Positions 58,491-64,000 of a DNA stretch of 64,000 bases are shown piece after piece (within the stretch, counting starts at the first letter, position 1; the number at the start of each line of letters is the position of its first letter). Below the pieces are notes generated by a model. It was given only the letters and a program-made list of their open reading frames with translations. It did not search any database and was not told the origin of the DNA. Made by a program: the position numbers and the translations under genes. The stretch comes from an uncultured candidatus Porisulfidus sp. GTDB taxonomy: Bacteria; Pseudomonadota; Gammaproteobacteria; Poriferisulfidales; Oxydemutatoraceae. Location of the stretch: NCBI GenBank assembly GCA_965215125.1, contig OZ244052.1:384001-448000 (forward strand), given 5' to 3'.

Positions 58491-59641
58491 AACCGCACAC
58501 CCTCCAAACCCGAAGCATAAATCGGCAATAGAATGCCGGATAAAATCAGCGCGATGGCAGTCATCGCAACGACCATTCCGATAATATAAAAAGTGCGCGA
58601 GATAGCCGTTGCAAGCTGCGCTCTCTCTATATCCAACATCTGCGCAATTTGCTCCAACAAATGTATTTTTTCCGAAACGCCGAGTACCGAAATGCCTGCA
58701 CAACACTCTTTCAAACTAGAAGAAAAATATCGGCTGCTTAGTAAATCGCCGAATGTCTCTCCTGCTTTCCTCTGCACCGAAATACGCATAGCAAGCGATG
58801 TTCCGATAGTGGTTGCGAGCAGCTGTTCATCGTGTTCTATGTTCAGACCGGCGCGTTCCAAAATCAGCCAAACCGAGACCAAACGAATGGAACGCAATGT
58901 CTTCAAATAAGTATCAAAAACGGATACCGGCCACAGGTGCCTCAAATAATCACCGTATCTAAACACCGCACCCGTTGCCAACACTATCACCAAAGGCAAA
59001 CTCCACAAGTAATCGTGAGCATAATCTCCCAAAGCACTCAATATCAGCCCGGCAAAATTACGTTGTTTTATAATACCGGCTTCAATAACCGAATCCAAAG
59101 CCCCCGAGGTGCCTGCCGATACACCCAACAAAATTACCGCCGACGCAACAAATAACAGCAAACCACCGACGATTCCTTTGCGCGCCTTTTTATTCATCTC
59201 CATTTCTTTTTGTAAATTAGAGACGGCTTGTTTTATAACCGAGGTGATTTCCCCGCTTTGTTCGCCGGCGCGTATCACCGCAACGACAATGGGATTAAAA
59301 CGCAGAGCTTCCAATCTTTCACTCAAGCTGTAATTAATATCCAACGCCGTCGGGTGCCTTTTACTCATTTTCCGAATCGGTGTATAAGTTCTAAACAACT
59401 GCGCCGATTGGTCGGGAATACCGGAAATATAATAAGGTAGTAATTTCATCAAAAAAATCATTTGAGCTTCCAGTGAAATCTTTGTAGCCAACCCGTCGTA
59501 GTCCAGACATCTCCGGGCTTTTACGATACCGCTTAGATCATAGCCGGCCGCAGTCAGCGCGCGCTCGAGGTTCAATCCCGGGACAACGATTTCCCGTAAA
59601 TTGCCGTTTCCTCTCACTCGTTGAATTCGCCAAGCAAACAT
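58487..59641 (-). CDS. Inner-membrane platform protein, GspF/PilC/PilR family
   Basis: F.P.VVAVIRAGEQSGEI signature, three hydrophobic segments, and a C-terminal ILSGILLPIY pattern. Confidence 0.85.
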   Translation of the reverse strand: MFAWRIQRVRGNGNLREIVVPGLNLERALTAAGYDLSGIVKARRCLDYDGLATKISLEAQMIFLMKLLPYYISGIPDQSAQLFRTYTPIRKMSKRHPTALDINYSLSERLEALRFNPIVVAVIRAGEQSGEITSVIKQAVSNLQKEMEMNKKARKGIVGGLLLFVASAVILLGVSAGTSGALDSVIEAGIIKQRNFAGLILSALGDYAHDYLWSLPLVIVLATGAVFRYGDYLRHLWPVSVFDTYLKTLRSIRLVSVWLILERAGLNIEHDEQLLATTIGTSLAMRISVQRKAGETFGDLLSSRYFSSSLKECCAGISVLGVSEKIHLLEQIAQMLDIERAQLATAISRTFYIIGMVVAMTAIALILSGILLPIYASGLEGVRL

Positions 59642-59652
59642 CGCCTTTATTT

Positions 59653-60099
59653 CTACTGAACGGTGTACTCTACTTTCAGTACCTTACTCGTTATACCGGC
59701 GGTGACATTTTGCATCGCCGCTAAGGCGTTCATCAAGTCGGTGGCATCGAATGTAGTCTCCATCTCCAAAGTTAGTTTTTGTGCCGTAGGGGTAAACTTC
59801 AACTTATTACTCTTTTTGACACCCGGCCAATTCTCCATGAAAACAACGCTATTGGCGGATAGCTTAAAACCCGACACATCGCCGTTTTTCAAACGATGTT
59901 GGGTCAATTCGGTAGGCACTCTGGATATCAGTATCTGTTTTAATCCGGCCTCTTCCGCCGACGAAATTTTATCGCCCGGCGACAGTGCATAAATCGCACT
60001 GGCGGTTAATGCCGCCAAAACGGCAACGACGATAATGACTTCTATCAATGTAAAGCCGCTGTGCTTCGCTAAGCCTTGCAAACTAGACGTGTGTTTCAT
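59653..60099 (-). CDS. Probable major pilin / pseudopilin
   Basis: 15-aa leader followed by G|FTLIEVIIVVAVLAALTASAIY. Strong AAGGAG Shine-Dalgarno and typical size (148 aa). Confidence 0.8.
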   Translation of the reverse strand: MKHTSSLQGLAKHSGFTLIEVIIVVAVLAALTASAIYALSPGDKISSAEEAGLKQILISRVPTELTQHRLKNGDVSGFKLSANSVVFMENWPGVKKSNKLKFTPTAQKLTLEMETTFDATDLMNALAAMQNVTAGITSKVLKVEYTVQ

Positions 60100-60111
60100 A
60101 ATAAATCTCCT

Positions 60112-61854
60112 TTAATGGTGGGTTGATTGTCCCGAGGAACTACACTCGGGCAGGCGTAAAAGGTTACTTTCATTCGGGTGCACCGAAGAATTCTTAGGCA
60201 CACCCCAAATATAACCAAAAATATCCGATAGGGCTTCCAGCGTAGTCATACCCCGAAACCATAACTGCAACGCATAATCTTCCAAGCACATATAATGCCT
60301 CTCTCTCTTGATATGCGCGCGCATCTCATAACCCGATGCCCCTTCGTTGAGTAATTTTTGTAACTCGGCATCGATCGGGATGACTTCCATAATCAAACAA
60401 CGGCCGCGATAACCGGCACGGCAATGCGAGCATCCCTCGGGATTTGCTACTCTGACTTTGTGCGCGGTATCCGAATGATGCGCTAGATGTTCGTAATAGT
60501 CCCGTGCCACAACCTCGGTCGAGCAATGCCGGCATACTTCGGCAACCAAACGCTGCGCCGAAACAAAACGCAACCACGATGCCAACTGAGTCTTTTCAAT
60601 ACCCAAATCGACCAAACGATCGATAACACCGAGCGCGTCTACGGTATGCAAAGTAGTCAATACACCGTGTCCGGTAAGCCCGGCACGCATCGCTTGGCGT
60701 GCGGTTCGGCTGTCTCTTATTTCTCCGACCAAAATCAAATCTACATCGGTGCGCATCATAGAGCGTATCCCCGATTCAAAATTCAAGCCATTGTTATATA
60801 CGCCGTCGTCGTTGCTAATCTGAGTTTGTTCTATGCCTTGTAAATTCTGCTCGACCGGGTCTTCCAAAGTTTGTATGGACTTATACGGATAGCGGCGATG
60901 GATCTCGTTCAATATGGTATAGATCGTCGTGGTTTTACCGGAGCCGGTAGGCCCGGTAAAAACACAAAGCCCGTCGGTCATCGCAGTAATTTTCTCCAGC
61001 AAACGAGCAACATGCTCAAACACTTTCAAGTCCGCTATCCTCGATGTATTAATGTGTCGGCTACCCAAAAACCGCAAAAAGAATGCCGGTCTATTCACAC
61101 CCCCCACAAAAATAGGACGCATCGAAACACGCACCTCGGTTACATGATGCGATACTTCCTGCATCTTAAAACAGCTGTCCAACAAACGATTGAAGGTTCC
61201 CGTCACTTGTTTACATTCGTTCAGGATGACATTGCACAAATGCTTATAAGAAACACCCTCGTCGTCTTTGTAGGTCCATTCGTGTAGCGGATGGAGCTTA
61301 CCGTCTATGCGTTGTTTGATTAACACACTGTTGCCGTCTATGGGTACGATTTGCAAATCACTCGCACCCGCTTGCACCGCATCTTCGAGCCACTTCATAA
61401 CAATCTTCTTGGCGGCAACACCGCGGGCACTTTCTTTATATTGTTCGGCGTTGCGTACACCGCTGCGTTCCGCGACCTGCAATACGCCGTAACCCTTCAA
61501 GGGCGTGTTCGCCAATACTTCGGAATTCAATAGCCCTCGGATTGCCGGAGAAATAAACGGGTTAGTCAAAAATAGCTTATGCTTCGCATACACCCAATCT
61601 CTTTGATCCTCGTCCTTACAGATAGGCACACCGTGATGTTCGGGTGAATAGACTTCTAAATCAAACACTGCGCCGAGTGCCTCGGCGAGCAAATCGGGAG
61701 ATAATTTTTCGCCGCCTAACTGCAATAGTCTTTCAATAATGTTATCGGGTTCCGGGCACCCGATATGATTAACCGTTGTCTGCTCCAACACACCGCTGCG
61801 ATTCAGATACTCGAGTACTTGTCTAAATTTGTACATCCTTTGTTGCTGCTTCAT
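60112..61854 (-). CDS. Pilus/T2SS assembly ATPase, GspE/PilB family
   Basis: GASD, Walker A GPTGSGKTT, Asp box EDPVE, Walker B ILVGEIRD, His box TGH...TTLH, AQRL, and Zn-binding CRHC...CSHC. Confidence 0.93.
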   Translation of the reverse strand: MKQQQRMYKFRQVLEYLNRSGVLEQTTVNHIGCPEPDNIIERLLQLGGEKLSPDLLAEALGAVFDLEVYSPEHHGVPICKDEDQRDWVYAKHKLFLTNPFISPAIRGLLNSEVLANTPLKGYGVLQVAERSGVRNAEQYKESARGVAAKKIVMKWLEDAVQAGASDLQIVPIDGNSVLIKQRIDGKLHPLHEWTYKDDEGVSYKHLCNVILNECKQVTGTFNRLLDSCFKMQEVSHHVTEVRVSMRPIFVGGVNRPAFFLRFLGSRHINTSRIADLKVFEHVARLLEKITAMTDGLCVFTGPTGSGKTTTIYTILNEIHRRYPYKSIQTLEDPVEQNLQGIEQTQISNDDGVYNNGLNFESGIRSMMRTDVDLILVGEIRDSRTARQAMRAGLTGHGVLTTLHTVDALGVIDRLVDLGIEKTQLASWLRFVSAQRLVAEVCRHCSTEVVARDYYEHLAHHSDTAHKVRVANPEGCSHCRAGYRGRCLIMEVIPIDAELQKLLNEGASGYEMRAHIKRERHYMCLEDYALQLWFRGMTTLEALSDIFGYIWGVPKNSSVHPNESNLLRLPECSSSGQSTHH

Positions 61855-62456
61855 CGCTCGGCTCCGGCAGTATTTTCTTTATGTGCATCGTCGGGGAGTA
61901 TCTCTCTGTGTATCTGATAACGCACTTCTATATCGGGCTGTTCCTTAGATCCGAGCAAAGCACTCTCGGCATCGATCTCCGTGACTTTCCAAAAATCCGT
62001 AACCGACTCTCCCGGAGCAAAATCTCCGATGCGGCCGTCTTCCAAACCGAATCGCGCCCGCCCGCCGACAATTCCGAGCAACCTCAAATCAGGCATAGCC
62101 ACACGGGCTGCACGCGTGGACGGCACCGTGTCATCGGAATGTCGCGCAGCGGGTGCTTGATTCAAATCTATCAAAAGCGATTCATAGGTGTCGCTGCCTT
62201 CCACATTGCATAAATAACCCTTGTCTCTACATTGCTTTTGTATATCGGCAATGTCGTGTAGCAACTGCATCAGTGCTTTTTTATTCTGTTCGGACTTGAT
62301 ACGCTTGTATAAAGTCATACGCTCGTTTATCTCTTCGGCTTGTGAAATCTGCTGCGTCAATTGCACCGACTCCGATGCGGCGATGCCGTCGTATACAATC
62401 ACACAAACCGCCAAAATTAGGTACTTTACCGAACCGTTCATTTTCATCAATTTCAT
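61851..62456 (-). CDS. PilP-like (type IVb) / GspC-like periplasmic assembly protein
   Basis: N-terminal hydrophobic signal, coiled coil, Pro/Ala linker, then a small beta domain (LRLLGIVGGRARF..DG...PGE.V...W.V.EI). Located just before the ATPase. Confidence 0.55.
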   Translation of the reverse strand: MKLMKMNGSVKYLILAVCVIVYDGIAASESVQLTQQISQAEEINERMTLYKRIKSEQNKKALMQLLHDIADIQKQCRDKGYLCNVEGSDTYESLLIDLNQAPAARHSDDTVPSTRAARVAMPDLRLLGIVGGRARFGLEDGRIGDFAPGESVTDFWKVTEIDAESALLGSKEQPDIEVRYQIHREILPDDAHKENTAGAER

Positions 62457-62896
62457 TTAATCGTTCCCAAGATATTTATCAATAAAACACCCTGCCGTCG
62501 GTCCAGCTGTATCTCCGAGACCTCGGCAGGCACCGTGCTTTGGATCAAACGCATCACCGGCAAAAGCAAATCGGGTGATGCAATCATAACCGCCCGCCAA
62601 GCATTTTCGGTTTCGTTTGCGATCTCTAAATCTTCGCTTGCGCGCCAGATTAACTCGGGGTAGCGAGCAATAATTTTCTGCACCGTCAGCCAATTCTCTT
62701 CTACGGGCATCAACATCCGTGCGCCTTTAAGCACTTGTATTTGATCCTCCAGTGTGCGCAGTTCATCTTCTAACGCACCGATACCGATATCGGAATCGCC
62801 ATCGTGAATCTGCTCGTGGTTAAGCATATAAGACGACACCGCCGCACATACATAAATGCACCCCGAAGCAACGACTATAATCGGGAGCTTGTTCAT
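62453..62896 (-). CDS. Bitopic assembly protein, PilO/GspM-like (start probably 62896)
   Basis: MNKLPIIVVASG... TM segment, coiled coil and small periplasmic domain. ATGA overlap with the upstream gene. Family assignment is by topology and position only. Confidence 0.5.
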   Translation of the reverse strand: MNKLPIIVVASGCIYVCAAVSSYMLNHEQIHDGDSDIGIGALEDELRTLEDQIQVLKGARMLMPVEENWLTVQKIIARYPELIWRASEDLEIANETENAWRAVMIASPDLLLPVMRLIQSTVPAEVSEIQLDRRQGVLLINILGTIK

Positions 62897-63750
62897 CGTT
62901 GCAAACCTAGTCGTACGCGTCCGGTCGGCAACCAACGTTCGGCGTAGCGAATGTTGTATCGTGTCAATATATGAATTGCGTCGTTATACGACCGGTAAGG
63001 TACCGATAATTGAATTGCATTAATTTCGGAGTTCGGTACTTCAATTCCTTCTACCCAACTCAAGTCTTCCAACAAAGTCAATAGCTCGTGTTGATCGGGT
63101 GCGGTAGCCAGCCTAGTCTTTTTTAGTTCGGACACCATTGCGCGTGCCTCTTCTATCTGCACCGTCAAAGCCTCGTGATGTGCCTCAAAGTGCCTTGCTT
63201 CTTTATTTATATACCACGAACCCGATACCGATCCGAGTATCAATGCCAGTATCGCAAGCGACACCGCCGCCAACACCGTCCGATTGTTTTTTTCTTGCGC
63301 TGCAATTTGCTCCGCCATCGTCATCGCCGGACGACTCGGCAAAGTAATCTCCTCGATTGTTATCTCGAGCCATCGTATCTGTGTCTGCTGTAGCTGCTCA
63401 CCCGCCGTAGCAACGGCACAACCGTCTACGACCTCGCCGGTCGTCGCAATTTTTTCATCCAAATCAATCGCAACATATTGTCCGATAGTGCCGTGCTTGT
63501 ATGCAGTGATGCCGGTTTCCGGTTGCCAATGATTAGACGCATATAGAGTTTGCCAATAACCGTAAACCGGCACACCGCGATACATAGCTTTCTTCGCCAC
63601 GAGCTCCTCTGCCAAGCAAAAGATATTAAAACCTTCCACCCGCTCCAACAACACCGTGCCGGAAACGGGCAACTCATGGCTCAACGAATCGGCAATGATC
63701 AAACACTTCTTGCCGTTTATTTCCAATAGACCGGGGGCGAATGTCGTCAT
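62893..63750 (-). CDS. Bitopic assembly protein, GspL/PilMN-like
   Basis: About 155-aa N-terminal soluble domain, TM VLAAVSLAILALILGSVSG, then a coiled coil. ATGA-coupled in the operon. Family assignment is by topology only. Confidence 0.5.
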   Translation of the reverse strand: MTTFAPGLLEINGKKCLIIADSLSHELPVSGTVLLERVEGFNIFCLAEELVAKKAMYRGVPVYGYWQTLYASNHWQPETGITAYKHGTIGQYVAIDLDEKIATTGEVVDGCAVATAGEQLQQTQIRWLEITIEEITLPSRPAMTMAEQIAAQEKNNRTVLAAVSLAILALILGSVSGSWYINKEARHFEAHHEALTVQIEEARAMVSELKKTRLATAPDQHELLTLLEDLSWVEGIEVPNSEINAIQLSVPYRSYNDAIHILTRYNIRYAERWLPTGRVRLGLQR

Positions 63751-64000
63751 ACCGATACCTCCCTGGGCAGTACCACGACAACCAACTCGCGCAACTGCCC
63801 ACTGTTATCTTTAGATGTAAATAATTCACCCAGCACTGTCTTGCCCAATCCCAAAGAGGCACTGACCCGGTCGCTGATTTGTTCGGTCGTCAGGCCGCCT
63901 ACCGGAACCGCACGCCCCGAACGGGTGATGGCTTTAGAACTCAAATTAGTCAACGATATACGCGGTGCTCTGGATATCGTGACACCGCCGGATACAATGT
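63747..64000 (-). CDS. Outer-membrane secretin, C-terminal fragment (gene starts beyond the right edge)
   Basis: Frame is open to the window edge: ...APRISLTNLSSKAITRSGRAVPVGGL...LGLGKTVLGELF....RELVVVVLP, the secretin C-terminal pattern. Confidence 0.8.
   Translation of the reverse strand, partial: IVSGGVTISRAPRISLTNLSSKAITRSGRAVPVGGLTTEQISDRVSASLGLGKTVLGELFTSKDNSGQLRELVVVVLPREVSV

Noticed and set aside
58491-58706. 72-aa N-terminal extension of the 237-aa ORF
   Set aside because: It overlaps the platform gene. The prepilin motif, SD and ATGA coupling place the start at 58490.

Overview
About 55.6 kb of this 64 kb window (probably a gammaproteobacterial chromosome) is a head-to-tail minus-strand array of at least four paralogous giant secreted-protein genes. 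They are copy A 38348-55624 (5758 aa), B 20382-38078 (5898 aa), C 2339-20077 (5912 aa) and D <1-2009 (5' part only, missed by the ORF track). Each complete protein has a Sec-type signal peptide and 10 modules. A module is an acidic loop (usually DxDxDG), a GLUG/GGLVG beta-helix-like repeat block, a W-x-FG-x3-QYP cap and a cadherin-like beta-sandwich. Four PKD/Ig-like pairs are interspersed, and every complete protein ends in IFVNIRVFPEGLLR. The copies are mosaics of one another and carry Cys-bounded hypervariable loops. I see no autotransporter barrel, TPS domain, RTX repeats or membrane anchor, so how they cross the outer membrane is unexplained. Upstream on the same strand lie gloB, an hfq outside its usual miaA-hflX context, and the 3' part of a divergent type IVb-like pilus/T2SS-like operon (secretin, assembly proteins, PilP-like, ATPase, pilin, platform, minor pilin, PilV-like). 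My main hypothesis, which is inference, is a recombination-diversified giant adhesin family with a novel C-terminal sorting signal that may be handled by the adjacent secretin machine. No rRNA, tRNA, CRISPR, transposase, integrase or reverse transcriptase was recognised.
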